Assembly: GCA_963730935.1 (NCBI GenBank)
Contig: CAVSTP010000004.1
Coordinates: 512,001 to 576,000 of the forward strand
DNA: 64,000 nt
From: an uncultured Nitrospiraceae bacterium
GTDB taxonomy: Bacteria; Nitrospirota; Nitrospiria; Nitrospirales; Nitrospiraceae
Reading direction: 5' to 3'
Of the stretch, positions 40,876 through 51,440 are shown piece after piece. Position 1 is the stretch's first letter, and every line of letters starts with the position of its first letter. The translations under genes were made by a program, and so were the position numbers. A model generated the notes under the pieces. The model ran no database searches. It was given only the letters and a program-made list of their open reading frames with translations, and was not told the origin of the DNA.

Positions 40876-41586
40876 TCAGACTGGCACGCCGTCTTCTTTC
40901 AACTTGTAGCCCAGTGATTTGACCGAGAGGATGGCATTGTTGAGCATAGGCAACTTTTGTTTGACGCGCCGCACATGCACATCCACTGTCCGTGTTGTCC
41001 CGTGGTAATCGTAGCCCCACACACCGTTCAGCAGCACATCCCTTGTGAGTACTCGGCCTGGATTCCTTAACAGATGTTCGAGAAGACCGAATTCTTTGGC
41101 CGTGAGCACGACTTCCTCTCCATCCACGGTGACTTCGTGCCGGGATGGATTCAGTTGCAGGACCCCGTACCGATAGGTGCTGATTTCCCGGTCGTCGGAC
41201 CGTTCAAGCCTGCGAAACAGCGCCTTGATTCTGGCCACCAGAGCTCTGGGACTGAATGGTTTGCCGACATAGTCGTCGGCTCCAAGTTCAAGCCCCACGA
41301 CGGTATCTGATTCCTCGCTCTTGGCGGTCAGCATGATGATGGGAACCATCGCGGTCTGAGGGGCCACTCGAAGCTTCTTGCACACCTCCAACCCGTCGAT
41401 TTCCGGCAGCATCAAGTCCAAGACAACGAGGTCCGGATGTTCGGACTTGACCTGTTTCAGCGCCTCGGCACCGTTTGCCGCCGTGACCGTTCTGAACCCT
41501 TCATTGTCGAGGTACAGTTTGACCAGTTGCAGGATATCTTTGTCATCCTCAACGACTAACACCTTTTTTGTCACCGCAGTCACCAT
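40876..41586 (-). CDS. phoB: OmpR-family response regulator, PhoB/PhoP type
   Basis: receiver 'VLDLMLP', 'GADDYV.KPFSPR', wHTH 'TRTVDVHVRR'; adjacent to phoU-pst. Confidence 0.85.
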   Translation of the reverse strand: MVTAVTKKVLVVEDDKDILQLVKLYLDNEGFRTVTAANGAEALKQVKSEHPDLVVLDLMLPEIDGLEVCKKLRVAPQTAMVPIIMLTAKSEESDTVVGLELGADDYVGKPFSPRALVARIKALFRRLERSDDREISTYRYGVLQLNPSRHEVTVDGEEVVLTAKEFGLLEHLLRNPGRVLTRDVLLNGVWGYDYHGTTRTVDVHVRRVKQKLPMLNNAILSVKSLGYKLKEDGVPV

Positions 41587-41663
41587 AGCTTTGTCACCTT
41601 TAGATATTTTGCAGACCGACTCTCCTAGTGGGACATAGTGTACGCAGAAGAGACAACAACGTG

Positions 41664-41780
41664 ATTACAAGAACGTTAAGGACACGTTAAATGCCTCACC
41701 AAGTGGGAGAGACGCGGTAGCCCCCTGATAGTCGATTCCGAATGGAACACAATTAACAGAGCATTTACGGTCCGGTGACA
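41664..41780. promoter_or_regulatory. two divergent Pho-box-like arrays
   Basis: ATTAC 41664, GTTAA 41675, GTTAA 41686; TTAAC 41753, TTTAC 41764, GTGAC 41775; both at an 11-bp period. Confidence 0.6.
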
Positions 41781-41893
41781 CCCCTGGAATACTGTAGGGC
41801 TATTGTGCCGATATGCATGATCACCACCTTGCAGGCTCAGAGAAACCAAACGCACGCAATTCCATGAATTATCTCACCAAGGAGGATTTACTC

Positions 41894-42139
41894 ATGTATG
41901 GGACGGTACTCGAAGCCCCCATCCCGGTACAGCTTTCGACTGACGGACTAAAGATGCGGATTCTGGAGCAAGTCAACGAAGAGTCGGTTATCGGTCTCGA
42001 TTCTCTGGTTCAGATGCTGCCCGAATATAGCTGGAATCAAATTTTCTCTGCCGTAGATCAGTTGGCCAGGGCAGGAAGAATTGTGCTGCGCCGACACCGG
42101 TATGACTATACGTTGTTTTCTACTGCATACCCGACTTAA
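41894..42139 (+). CDS. small hypothetical protein, paralog of 31011-31244
   Basis: AAGGAGG RBS; shared 'YSW..IF.AVD.LAR.GRI' motif. Confidence 0.7.
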   Translation: MYGTVLEAPIPVQLSTDGLKMRILEQVNEESVIGLDSLVQMLPEYSWNQIFSAVDQLARAGRIVLRRHRYDYTLFSTAYPT

Positions 42140-42191
42140 GCTTCCGTCGCTTGTCCACCTCTTGGCCGGGATCCTGCCGCTTTAAATCCCC

Positions 42192-42872
42192 TCAGGCTTC
42201 ATTGTCGGAAAGTACCGACGGGGTCATGTGGCGGATGATCTTGCCTTCCACCATATAAATTACGAGTTCAGCAATATTGGTGGCATGGTCGGCTATACGT
42301 TCGAGCGATTTGCCGATGAAGGTCAGGCGAATGGCGCGCGTAATCGTTGCAGGATTTTCGATCATGAAGGACAGCAATTCGCGAAAGAGCTGGTGCGTGA
42401 GATTGTCTACGAAGTCATCGTCGGCACATACCTTCCTTGCCAATGCCGCGTCCGAACGGACAAACGCATCAAGCGATTCTCGCACCATCATCATGGTCCA
42501 ATTCGCCATCCGGGGAATATCGATATAGGGCTTGAGCTGAGGCTCTTCGTTCAGTTCGATGACCCGCTCGGAGATATTTTCTGATATATCGCTCATCCGT
42601 TCGAGTTCAGTGGAAATCTTCATGGCGGTCGTGACGAATCGAAGATCACGGGCCGCAGGAGCTTGGAGCGCCAACAGTCTCATGCAATTCTCGTCAATTT
42701 CCACATCCATCGTATTGACGAGCGTGTCTCTCTCGATGATGCGAGAAGCCAGATCCGCATCTCGGTCGACCAAGGCTTTGATCGATCCCTCGATCTGCGA
42801 TTCCACCAGAGCCCCCATCCGTAGTATCTGGGATTTTAAGTCAGCGAGCTCTTGATCGATGTGTCGTTGCAT
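42192..42872 (-). CDS. phoU: phosphate signalling complex protein PhoU
   Basis: 'LALQAPAARDLR', 'ELERMSD', 'LERIADHATNIAE'. Confidence 0.95.
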   Translation of the reverse strand: MQRHIDQELADLKSQILRMGALVESQIEGSIKALVDRDADLASRIIERDTLVNTMDVEIDENCMRLLALQAPAARDLRFVTTAMKISTELERMSDISENISERVIELNEEPQLKPYIDIPRMANWTMMMVRESLDAFVRSDAALARKVCADDDFVDNLTHQLFRELLSFMIENPATITRAIRLTFIGKSLERIADHATNIAELVIYMVEGKIIRHMTPSVLSDNEA

Positions 42873-42893
42873 GGACTCCTCGTTCTTCTCTCA

Positions 42894-43682
42894 TTAACCG
42901 AATCGCCCGGTGATATATTCCTCGGTCAATTTATTCGCCGGATTGGTAAAAATCTTATGCGTCCGGTCGCATTCCACCAATTCGCCCTCGTACATGAAGG
43001 CCGTGTAGTCCGATACCCGTGCGGCCTGCTGCATGTTGTGCGTCACGATGACAATCGTGACCCGCTGTTTGAGCTCCGTGACCAATTCCTCAATCCGTGC
43101 GGTGGCTGTTGGATCCAGCGCGGACGTCGGCTCATCGAACAACAGCATCTCGGGACCTGTCGCAAGCGCACGAGCGATGCATAACCGCTGTTGCTGTCCG
43201 CCCGATAGATTATAGGCGAGACTGTGCAAGCGGTCCTTCACCTCCGGCCAGAGCGCAGCGTCTTTGAGCGATTGCTCCACGACGGTGTCCAGGTCGCTTC
43301 GTGTCATTGACCCGCGAATGCGCAACCCATAGGCCACATTCTCATAAATGGAGCTGGGAAAGGGATTCGGCTTTTGAAAGACCATGCCGACCCGCATGCG
43401 GATCTCGATCGGATCGATGGTCTGGTCGACGATGTTTACACCCTCAGGATAGAGGACGACTGATCCAGCATACCGGTTTCCGGGATACAGATCGTGCATA
43501 CGGTTCAGGCAACGCAGGAAGGTGGTCTTGCCGCAGCCGGAAGGACCAATAAGCGCGGTGGCATGTCGATCGGCAAGCCCCATAGAGATGGATTTGAGGG
43601 CCTGCCCCGTGCCACCGTAAAAGAAGCTCAACTCCTTCGCTTCGGCTTTCATGGCGGGTATGACTTGAACCTGGGTCGTCAT
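42894..43682 (-). CDS. pstB: phosphate ABC transporter ATPase
   Basis: GPSGCGKT, '[10 protein letters not shown]', [14 protein letters not shown], 'YITGRFG'. Confidence 0.95.
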   Translation of the reverse strand: MTTQVQVIPAMKAEAKELSFFYGGTGQALKSISMGLADRHATALIGPSGCGKTTFLRCLNRMHDLYPGNRYAGSVVLYPEGVNIVDQTIDPIEIRMRVGMVFQKPNPFPSSIYENVAYGLRIRGSMTRSDLDTVVEQSLKDAALWPEVKDRLHSLAYNLSGGQQQRLCIARALATGPEMLLFDEPTSALDPTATARIEELVTELKQRVTIVIVTHNMQQAARVSDYTAFMYEGELVECDRTHKIFTNPANKLTEEYITGRFG

Positions 43683-43684
43683 GT

Positions 43685-44629
43685 TCACCAGTGGATTCGT
43701 CGCCGAAAACGCGCTCGGATCACGATGGCCAGAGCGTTCATCGCAAGGGTCATGACCAACAAGATGACGCCTGCTGCGGCCGCATTGATGTGAAATTCGT
43801 CCTGGGGACGGGAAACCCAGTTGAACATTTGAATCGGCATAACGGTAAACGGATCGAAAAGCCACTGACTGGAAAGAAATGGAAACTCAACCGTCAAAGG
43901 GAGATGAGGTAGAAAGGCAATGAATGACAACGCACCGACGGTGATCAAGGGAGCCGTCTCGCCGACCGCACGGGACAGGGCGAGGATCATGCCGGTGAGA
44001 ACGCCTCCCATCGAGTAGGGCACCACATGGTCACGCACCGTCTGCCATTTTGTCGCTCCAACCGCATAGGCAGCTTCACGAATCTGCGGTGGTACCGCCC
44101 GCAGGGATTCTCGGGTCGCAATGATTACCATCGGCAAAATCAGCATGCCCAGCGTCAAACCGGCGGTGAGAAAGCTTTGTCCCAAATGAAATTCGTAGAC
44201 CAAGAGACCGAGGGCCATTAAGCCGTACACGATCGAGGGCACACCAGCCAGGTTCGTAATATTGATCTCGATGAGATCGGTCATCCAATTCTTCGACGCA
44301 TACTCTTCCAGATAAATGGCCGCTCCCAGGCCCAGAGGGACGGCCGTGAGGGCCGTAAGCAACATGACCAGCACCGTCCCGATCCATGCGCTCAAAATGC
44401 CGGCCTGGGAAGCAAACCGTGAAGGGTAGGAGGTGAAAAACTGCCAGGAGATACGCCCCATACCGTCGTAGACCAATTGGCCCAGCAGAGCCAGCAGCAC
44501 AACAAACGCCCCAGCCATTACCGCCAACCCAGCAAAGGCGAACGCACGGTCGCGCCGCCGCCGTTGCACGAGCCGTCGTCGCAGACGATCCTTCTCAGTA
44601 GATTTGTCGATATCTCTTTTTAAGTACAT
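43685..44629 (-). CDS. pstA: phosphate ABC transporter permease
   Basis: '[12 protein letters not shown]', '[12 protein letters not shown]'; start uncertain. Confidence 0.93.
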   Translation of the reverse strand: MYLKRDIDKSTEKDRLRRRLVQRRRRDRAFAFAGLAVMAGAFVVLLALLGQLVYDGMGRISWQFFTSYPSRFASQAGILSAWIGTVLVMLLTALTAVPLGLGAAIYLEEYASKNWMTDLIEINITNLAGVPSIVYGLMALGLLVYEFHLGQSFLTAGLTLGMLILPMVIIATRESLRAVPPQIREAAYAVGATKWQTVRDHVVPYSMGGVLTGMILALSRAVGETAPLITVGALSFIAFLPHLPLTVEFPFLSSQWLFDPFTVMPIQMFNWVSRPQDEFHINAAAAGVILLVMTLAMNALAIVIRARFRRRIHW

Positions 44630-45527
44630 GGCCGACGATATTAAAGGCGAGCGTCATCAGTAACAGCGTTAATCCGGTGGCAAAAATGGTTTGATAGCCG
44701 ACGCTGCCATGCGGCAGATCTCCAAGACTGACCTGCACGATATAGGCGGTCATGGTGGCCGCCGGCTCGAGCGGATTCCATGTCAATGTGGGCTGCATCC
44801 CGGCGGCGATCGCGACGACCATGGTTTCTCCGATTGCCCGGGAGATTCCCAGGATATAGGCGGCCGTAATACCTGAGAGGGCCGATGGAAATACGACACG
44901 AAGCGCGGTTTGCATGCGAGTCGCTCCCAGGGCAAACGCGCCTTCTCGAAGATGCAATGGGACGGCACGCATGGCATCCTCGCTGACGGAGCTGACGTAG
45001 GGAACGATCATGATGCCGATGACAAGACCGGCGCTGAGCATGTTAAAGCCGGGCAGTTCCGGCCAGAGCTTCTGAAGGGCAGGCGTCACGAACAACAAGG
45101 CGAAATACCCATACACCACCGTCGGAACTGCGCTGAGCAACTCCAGCGCCGGCTTGATGACCTCACGAGTGCCGGTCGAGGCGTATTCGCTCAGATAGAT
45201 CGCGATCAAACTGCCCATCGGAACTGCAACCGCGAGCGCAACGGCCGTGGTCACGAGGGTGCCGGAGACCAGCGGCAGAATGCCGTAATGCGGCTCTGAG
45301 AACAGCGGTGTCCACTGCCGATCTGTGAGAAATTCCCATAAGGAGACTTGTCGGAAAAATCCTATCGACTCGTACACCAGTATGCCGACAATGCCCACAG
45401 TGATTGCCACGGAGGTCAAGGCGGCGAACAGCAAGAGCGACTCGATCGCCTTTTCCTTCACGTGCGCGACTAGACGCGAAGACAGCCGCCACGTTTCCGC
45501 CTTTTTCAAGACCCCCTCGGCATTCAT
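44595..45527 (-). CDS. pstC: phosphate ABC transporter permease
   Basis: 'ELLSAVPTVVYG', 'SRAIGETMVV'. Confidence 0.93.
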   Translation of the reverse strand: MNAEGVLKKAETWRLSSRLVAHVKEKAIESLLLFAALTSVAITVGIVGILVYESIGFFRQVSLWEFLTDRQWTPLFSEPHYGILPLVSGTLVTTAVALAVAVPMGSLIAIYLSEYASTGTREVIKPALELLSAVPTVVYGYFALLFVTPALQKLWPELPGFNMLSAGLVIGIMIVPYVSSVSEDAMRAVPLHLREGAFALGATRMQTALRVVFPSALSGITAAYILGISRAIGETMVVAIAAGMQPTLTWNPLEPAATMTAYIVQVSLGDLPHGSVGYQTIFATGLTLLLMTLAFNIVGHVLKKRYRQIY

Positions 45528-45538
45528 GTCTTGTCCTT

Positions 45539-46543
45539 CTACAGCTTGGCTTCCCGTCGCAGGAGGTCTTCGATCTTCAAACCGATGGTCGAGGCACCTT
45601 GAAATGCGGTACCCAGCTTTCCGTTCTTAAAATGATCGGCCGCAAGTTCATACGCCTCTCGTGGCAAGGGCACATACTTGACTTGGGGAACCAGGGTCGG
45701 CGCCTGCGCGACATAGAACTCGACGAATCGCTTGACCTCCGGCTTCGAGGCCGATTTCGCGTTCACATAGATGAACATGGGCCGGGAGAGCGGCTGATAC
45801 GCGCCGTTTTCAACGGTCTCCCGAGACGGCAGTACCGGTCCATGGCCCCCATCGACCGCCACGGCTTTCAAGCGCTTCTTATTCGGCTCATAGTAGGCAT
45901 AAGGAATGTATCCGAGTGCCTGTTTATCGTTGGCGATTCCCTGCACGAGCGTATTGTCGTCCTCGCTCGCGGTGTAGTCGCCCCGGCTCGCCTTGGCCTT
46001 TCCAACGACCGCTTCAGTGAAATAATCGAAGGTGCCGGAATCGGAGCCGGCACCGAAAAGTTTCAGCGGGATAGAAGGCCATGAACTTCTGACCTGATTC
46101 CACGTCACGACACGTCCTTGCGAGGATGGGTCCCAGATCTGTTTCAGTTCGGCGATCGTGATCGCATCCACCCACGTCGCCTGGGGACTGACGGCAATGG
46201 TCAGCGCATCGAAGGCAATAGGCAATTCATAATATTGAATGCCGGTCGCCCGACAGGCCTCCATCTCACTTTGCGAAATGGGCCGTGAGGCATCCTGTAC
46301 ATCGGTCTCGCCTCGACAGAACTTCTTGAATCCGCCACCGGTGCCGGAGATGCCTACCGTCACACGCACGACCCCCCGGGTCTCTTTCTGAAACTCTTCG
46401 GCGACGGCTTCCGTGATGGGAAACACCGTGCTTGATCCATCTACCTTGACCACGGTGGTGGGTTCTGAACCGCTCTGTCGAGCCAATCCGGCGAGCACAA
46501 AGACGGTCAGCAGTCCTACCAGTATGACAGCGCGATGACGCAT
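45539..46543 (-). CDS. pstS: phosphate ABC transporter substrate-binding protein
   Basis: 'VDGSSTVFP', 'SGTGGGF', 'DSGTFDYF', 'YQPLSRP'. Confidence 0.93.
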   Translation of the reverse strand: MRHRAVILVGLLTVFVLAGLARQSGSEPTTVVKVDGSSTVFPITEAVAEEFQKETRGVVRVTVGISGTGGGFKKFCRGETDVQDASRPISQSEMEACRATGIQYYELPIAFDALTIAVSPQATWVDAITIAELKQIWDPSSQGRVVTWNQVRSSWPSIPLKLFGAGSDSGTFDYFTEAVVGKAKASRGDYTASEDDNTLVQGIANDKQALGYIPYAYYEPNKKRLKAVAVDGGHGPVLPSRETVENGAYQPLSRPMFIYVNAKSASKPEVKRFVEFYVAQAPTLVPQVKYVPLPREAYELAADHFKNGKLGTAFQGASTIGLKIEDLLRREAKL

Positions 46544-46616
46544 GAGGTGTCCTCCGAATAGAGATCCAGAATGCCTGGATAACTCCATGAGCATAAGACC
46601 ATCTACCCTCATTACG

Positions 46617-46749
46617 GTTACGCCCGCGTTAACTCTGTGTTAACTCTGCCCGGGAGCGCGTCGGGAAGATCTGGAAAGGAGGAGTAAAGAAACGTGAGGT
46701 AAAACAATTATTAACAATCCTGTAACACGCAGGCAATCGACCCGTCACT
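46617..46749. promoter_or_regulatory. divergent Pho-box-like arrays between pstS and the porin gene
   Basis: GTTAC 46617, GTTAAC 46628 and 46639; TTAACA 46711, GTAACA 46722, GCAAT 46733, GTCAC 46744. Confidence 0.7.
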
Positions 46750-46808
46750 CCCTCCAGCTACTCATTGATCGTACTTTCGTTCCTCACATCTAACCAGGAG
46801 AGATCGAC

Positions 46809-48353
46809 ATGAAAGTGTTTCTATGGCTGTTCTGGTGCGTGCTGACCGCCATGTGGATGTGGCCGGGCACCGGCGAGGCCGAAGAAATAGGGCCCACCAA
46901 GCCGCGGGCATCCGTTTTGGTCGCTCAGAAGACGGATGATGCGTCCAGTCAATCGCAGGGGGCCGCACCCAGGGAATATCCGCTGGGTGGAACGTCTGTG
47001 GAGGATATGCTCCTGCAGAAGGGGACGATCACCATGGACGAATGGATTCAGATCAAAGCGGAACAGGAATATCGTGTCGCAGACCAATCACGGCGGATCG
47101 ATTCGCTGGAGGAATGGAAAAACCGGACCGAAATTTTGCCGATCCTGAGAGACAAAGTGAATTTCGGATTGAACGCCTTGCAGTTCCTCTACTCGCACCT
47201 CGATGCAAAGGTTCCGGAAGGCCGCAGCCAGGACGGTTTTTCCATCCGCCGTTCTGAGATGCTGTTCTGGGGCAAAATCAGCGAGACGATCCCTCGTTGG
47301 CACATTCTGATGGAGTTTCAAAGCATCAACCTGACGAACAACACCCCCACGAGCGGGGCATCGACCCCGACCTCGGCGACCTTTTTCCGTGAATCCTACA
47401 TCGACGTGCGGCCGATTCAGTCGTGGGCGCCCAATCTGAATGTAATCCGGATGGGTATTTTCCGTATGCCGTTCGGCATCTTTACCGAGACCTCAGGCGG
47501 GTTGCGCGATGTGATCAGCTCGCCCTATCTTACCTCGGTCGGCGGTGGCGGCGGTCCCCCCCAGAACGCCAACGGAACCGGCGGCCAGATTGAGTTCATA
47601 CAGGAGCGCGACTATTTCGTCGATGTACGCGGAAAGATCGCCAACCGGCTGGAATATGCCGTCGGCGTCATGAATAACAATAACTTTCAGGCCAATGCCC
47701 TCGTAAGCACGACTTCCGGGCTCAGCGGAGCCAATCAGCCGAAAGCGTTCTACACCCGTGTACGCCTCTTCGGAAATGACGTCTCGTTTGTCAGTTTTAC
47801 GACGCTTCAGGGCGAATCCAACAACGCTGGAACGATGATCAATGGGCGCGGCAAAGGGCGTTTTGACCGCTACGGCATCGACGCCAGGTATACTTCAAAG
47901 CTTTTCCCTGGCTTCATGGCGCAGGGTGAATACTGGGCGGGACACGACGGAGCCAACGCGACAACGGTTGGAACGGCGGCGAACGGTGCCTGTCAAGTCA
48001 TTAGCCAGTGCGGAGGCTCCGGCGCCCCGGGCGTACAGCGTCGTACATGGTACGTCCTCGCCAAGTATCTGATCACCGATGGCATGTTCGAGAACTTTGA
48101 GCCGACGGTGATGTACGAGCAGTTCGATCCCAACACCAAGATGGGCAACGATCTGTATACGAGAACGATCGTAGGCCTGACGTATTATTTCGAGAATTTC
48201 CCTCCCAAAGTGCAGTCCAAGATCCAGATCAACTATGAATTCCGCCACCATGCCGGGCTGGGAACCGGACCCGGAACACCGCCATACGATTCGGCAACGG
48301 ACCCATTTGCAAACAATGCGTTCTTTGTGCAATTCCAGGTCAGATTCATGTAG
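46809..48353 (+). CDS. outer-membrane porin, probably phosphate-selective (OprO/OprP-like)
   Basis: signal peptide, 'FSIRRSE', 'MGIFRMPFG', C-terminal beta strand 'FFVQFQVRF'; Pho context. Confidence 0.7.
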   Translation: MKVFLWLFWCVLTAMWMWPGTGEAEEIGPTKPRASVLVAQKTDDASSQSQGAAPREYPLGGTSVEDMLLQKGTITMDEWIQIKAEQEYRVADQSRRIDSLEEWKNRTEILPILRDKVNFGLNALQFLYSHLDAKVPEGRSQDGFSIRRSEMLFWGKISETIPRWHILMEFQSINLTNNTPTSGASTPTSATFFRESYIDVRPIQSWAPNLNVIRMGIFRMPFGIFTETSGGLRDVISSPYLTSVGGGGGPPQNANGTGGQIEFIQERDYFVDVRGKIANRLEYAVGVMNNNNFQANALVSTTSGLSGANQPKAFYTRVRLFGNDVSFVSFTTLQGESNNAGTMINGRGKGRFDRYGIDARYTSKLFPGFMAQGEYWAGHDGANATTVGTAANGACQVISQCGGSGAPGVQRRTWYVLAKYLITDGMFENFEPTVMYEQFDPNTKMGNDLYTRTIVGLTYYFENFPPKVQSKIQINYEFRHHAGLGTGPGTPPYDSATDPFANNAFFVQFQVRFM

Positions 48354-48407
48354 ACACGGACAATTTTCTCATTGCATCGCTGTGGGCAAGAGAGTAAGGA
48401 GGGAGTC

Positions 48408-48941
48408 ATGACGCGTGTTTCAGCGACAGTGTTGGCAGTCTTCCTTGGGATAGCTGCCTGTTCAACCTACCAACCATTTCCGCCTGAGGTGATGGACGGC
48501 GTCGATCCGGACTTTGACTTTTCACATTGGAGGATGGTACCCAATCAGGCCCTCGAGCGGAAGATCCAGCTCGGGGGCAGCATCCTGCATTCCGAACGAA
48601 AAGACGGAAACGTGACGATCGTGGTCACGCAGCTTCCGATCGTCGAGCATCCGGCGTATGGGCCGAAGGATACGGGGAAACGGAGCGGTGAGTTTGCCGT
48701 CACCTTCATGGGTCAAATTGAACCGCCGATGCTTCAACGGGGGAATCGCTTGATCGTCGTTGGAACAACCAAAGCGGCGAAGGTCGTGACGGTCGACGAC
48801 ATGCCGCGCAGCCTTCCATCGGTCTCCGCGAAATGTCTGCACATTTGGAACACGGGCGGGCGCGATATTGCAGACTTCCCGTCGTATGGGGCAGGATATG
48901 AGACCTTGGAAGAGGACACGTTTTGCGCAACGGCTCAGTAG
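48408..48941 (+). CDS. Slp-family outer-membrane lipoprotein
   Basis: lipobox 'IAAC'; 'LGGSI', 'SGEF', 'GNRLIVVG', 'LHIW'. Confidence 0.75.
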   Translation: MTRVSATVLAVFLGIAACSTYQPFPPEVMDGVDPDFDFSHWRMVPNQALERKIQLGGSILHSERKDGNVTIVVTQLPIVEHPAYGPKDTGKRSGEFAVTFMGQIEPPMLQRGNRLIVVGTTKAAKVVTVDDMPRSLPSVSAKCLHIWNTGGRDIADFPSYGAGYETLEEDTFCATAQ

Positions 48942-49252
48942 CGCGGTGTCGGCGAAATCTTGCCGTCTTGTGTGTCGCCTCCGCTCTCTACGGCTGCGGG
49001 CATGAAGCGTCTCTCACACGGGAAACGCTGACGGGCGGCCTCGTCACCTGGTCCGTGCAATCCGAAGGCGATATCCTTTCCTCAGCCGGACGCCGGGATG
49101 CGCTTCGTCTCATCAAGGAGAAGTGTCCCGAAGGGTCTCGTATCGTGAGAGAAGGCGAAGTGCCAAAAGTGAGTCAAACCGCCGATCGTCACTGGCGCGG
49201 CCATATGGGCACGGATCGCATCTGGGGAATCCAATTCACATGCGCGCCGTAA
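48923..49252 (+). CDS. small lipoprotein
   Basis: lipobox 'LYGC'; fills the operon gap; start uncertain. Confidence 0.6.
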   Translation: MRNGSVARCRRNLAVLCVASALYGCGHEASLTRETLTGGLVTWSVQSEGDILSSAGRRDALRLIKEKCPEGSRIVREGEVPKVSQTADRHWRGHMGTDRIWGIQFTCAP

Positions 49253-50151
49253 CCGCGTTGTACTATCTGGCGTTGGGCCTTACACTGGCTGGGATGTCGA
49301 GCTGCGCTTTGCTGCCCAATCATCGGGTCACCTATGACCAAGATGATGCCCGGATAGGGATTGAGGATGATCCAACTATCTCTGTGAAGCAGACTGAAGT
49401 CCGCAATGCTCATCCCGGACAATTGACTGTGGAGCAGGTGCGATCACTGCTGGCTATGATTCAGTTCACTGGATGGAGCGGAACGGTTATAGGTATCTTC
49501 GTCTCCCCAACACCTAGTGCATTGCTGTCGCAAGAGGAATTGCAAAAGTATTCGACTCCTGTGACCGATGCACTCAAAGAAGCCGGACCGACCGAACGGG
49601 TGTTCTTCTCGTTTCCGAAGCCAGGAGTAAGCTATAGCGAGGACCGTACGACCGGCGCTTTGTTTTTGCGTGGCCGATATTTGCATCTCGTCGTGACGGA
49701 TCATAGCTCAATCCTTCGTCCGGACACCGGTGGGGATAATATCAGAGTGGGTTACGAACGAGATACGAAGGCTCTGAAGCTCTGGGTTGCAAAACCGGCC
49801 GAAGCTGCCACCGTGCCGGATGCAGAAGAGCCAAAGTGGGCGCCATTTGAGAAAACGCGTATCTCTCTAAACTATGGTCAGACTTTAGCTCTGCTCAGGA
49901 CGGTCCCCTCAAATCGCCAAGGGCGCGCCGATCTGAGGTCCGCTCCATCGTCCGGCAATGCTGGGCCTTCTCAACAGGATGTCCAAGAACAGGTTCGTGA
50001 ACTCACAAATTCGAATCGTGAATTGCGCGAACGGTTGGATGATCAGACCAAGAACACAAAAGAGTTGTCTGAACAAGTCGATCGTCTTCGCCGGGAACTC
50101 GATCAGAGCAAAACCGGCAAGCCACCGGCACGCAAAACTCCCACTCAATAG
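49240..50151 (+). CDS. lipoprotein with C-terminal coiled coil
   Basis: lipobox 'MSSC'; heptad-rich C-terminus. Confidence 0.7.
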   Translation: MRAVTALYYLALGLTLAGMSSCALLPNHRVTYDQDDARIGIEDDPTISVKQTEVRNAHPGQLTVEQVRSLLAMIQFTGWSGTVIGIFVSPTPSALLSQEELQKYSTPVTDALKEAGPTERVFFSFPKPGVSYSEDRTTGALFLRGRYLHLVVTDHSSILRPDTGGDNIRVGYERDTKALKLWVAKPAEAATVPDAEEPKWAPFEKTRISLNYGQTLALLRTVPSNRQGRADLRSAPSSGNAGPSQQDVQEQVRELTNSNRELRERLDDQTKNTKELSEQVDRLRRELDQSKTGKPPARKTPTQ

Positions 50152-50164
50152 CTTGCCGCTCCGT

Positions 50165-51286
50165 TTACTGCCGCATCGTGCCCGAAGCCGTGGTCTTACC
50201 CAACGCCACCGAAGTCTTCGAGATCTGGTTCATCGGGAGCGGGAAAAACCCGGCCTTGATGACGGCCTCTTGTCCTTCCTGACTCATGAGAAAATCCAGG
50301 AACTCCTTCGCGGCCGGTGGGAAGGATGCCTTCGGGTCTTTGTTCACATACAAATAGAGCACTCGTCGCAAGGGGTACGTTTGATCGGCAATCGTCTTTG
50401 AAGAAGGCATCACGTACGGCATTCCCTCATTTTCGGCCAGGGGGACAACTCGGACTGTGGAGGACTGCAATCCGAGGCCGCTGTATCCGATCCCGAGTTG
50501 GTCGCGGGTCAAATTGAGAATGACCGAGGCTGCACCAGGCTCTTCATGCAACGTCGGCACAAAATCGCCGCCTGCCAACACATGCTCCTGAAAGAAGGCT
50601 CTCGTGCCGGACCGACGGTCGCGCCCATAGAGTTGAACGGGCGCCTGCGCCCACCCGTCGGATAGTCCAAGCTGGCCCCAACGGGTCAGAGCCGCCTCGG
50701 CGCCACGCTTGCGGGTGGTGGAAAACATTGCATCGATTTGATCCAGCGTCAGCCCTGGCAGCGGATTATCTTTATGGACATACAGCGCCACGGCATCGAC
50801 GGCGACGGGAACCGCCACTGGCTCATATCCGTTCTCTGCAGTAAATTGTTTGATTTCTGCATCGAACAGTTCCCGGGACGTCGCCAGAAGCCAGAATTGG
50901 TTGGGCTTCTCTTCATGGAGCACAACCTTGCCCGTCTTGCTCAAGGGTGGCTGCAGAAACTCTTCGACGGCCTTGGTCGATCCTCCGCCTTTCACATCGA
51001 CGCTGACTTTGGGTTGGCGCCGCTGAAACTCGAGACTCAGCCGCGACAGGAGGGGATACATGGTTTCTGAACCCCGAACTTTGATGTTTCCAGCCACTTG
51101 CGATTGGGGGTTGTAGCGCGCGAGGCTGGCATCGACATTCACGGAGGCAAAGGGCCCGACCTGCTCGGCCCTGGTGTCTATAGATTGGCTGATGACTCCC
51201 GTGGCAAACAATGCCACTGCCACACCCATGACCTGGAGCCGTTTTGAAAACCGCCCATGCGACTGCTGGTCGTTCGCATGATACAT
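50165..51286 (-). CDS. pstS: second PstS-family phosphate-binding protein
   Basis: 'RGSETM', 'GGGST', 'VAVDAVALYVHKDNP', 'SGTRAFF', 'YPLRRVLYLY'. Confidence 0.88.
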   Translation of the reverse strand: MYHANDQQSHGRFSKRLQVMGVAVALFATGVISQSIDTRAEQVGPFASVNVDASLARYNPQSQVAGNIKVRGSETMYPLLSRLSLEFQRRQPKVSVDVKGGGSTKAVEEFLQPPLSKTGKVVLHEEKPNQFWLLATSRELFDAEIKQFTAENGYEPVAVPVAVDAVALYVHKDNPLPGLTLDQIDAMFSTTRKRGAEAALTRWGQLGLSDGWAQAPVQLYGRDRRSGTRAFFQEHVLAGGDFVPTLHEEPGAASVILNLTRDQLGIGYSGLGLQSSTVRVVPLAENEGMPYVMPSSKTIADQTYPLRRVLYLYVNKDPKASFPPAAKEFLDFLMSQEGQEAVIKAGFFPLPMNQISKTSVALGKTTASGTMRQ

Positions 51287-51361
51287 CTCTGCGCCCTCCT
51301 TGGTTGTCGAACCGACGTCTCGTTGCTGGCTTCCACCGTACCCTGGATCAGTTGCGGGGAA

Positions 51362-51427
51362 GTAACCTCGATGTTACAGATGTGTTAACTTTTGCTGGGC
51401 AATCCGTTAACTTTTGATGGGCAATCG
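51362..51427 (-). promoter_or_regulatory. Pho-box-like array with a 22-bp tandem duplication
   Basis: GTAAC 51362, GTTAC 51373, GTTAAC 51384 and 51406. Confidence 0.65.
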
Positions 51428-51440
51428 ATGACTAGGAGGA

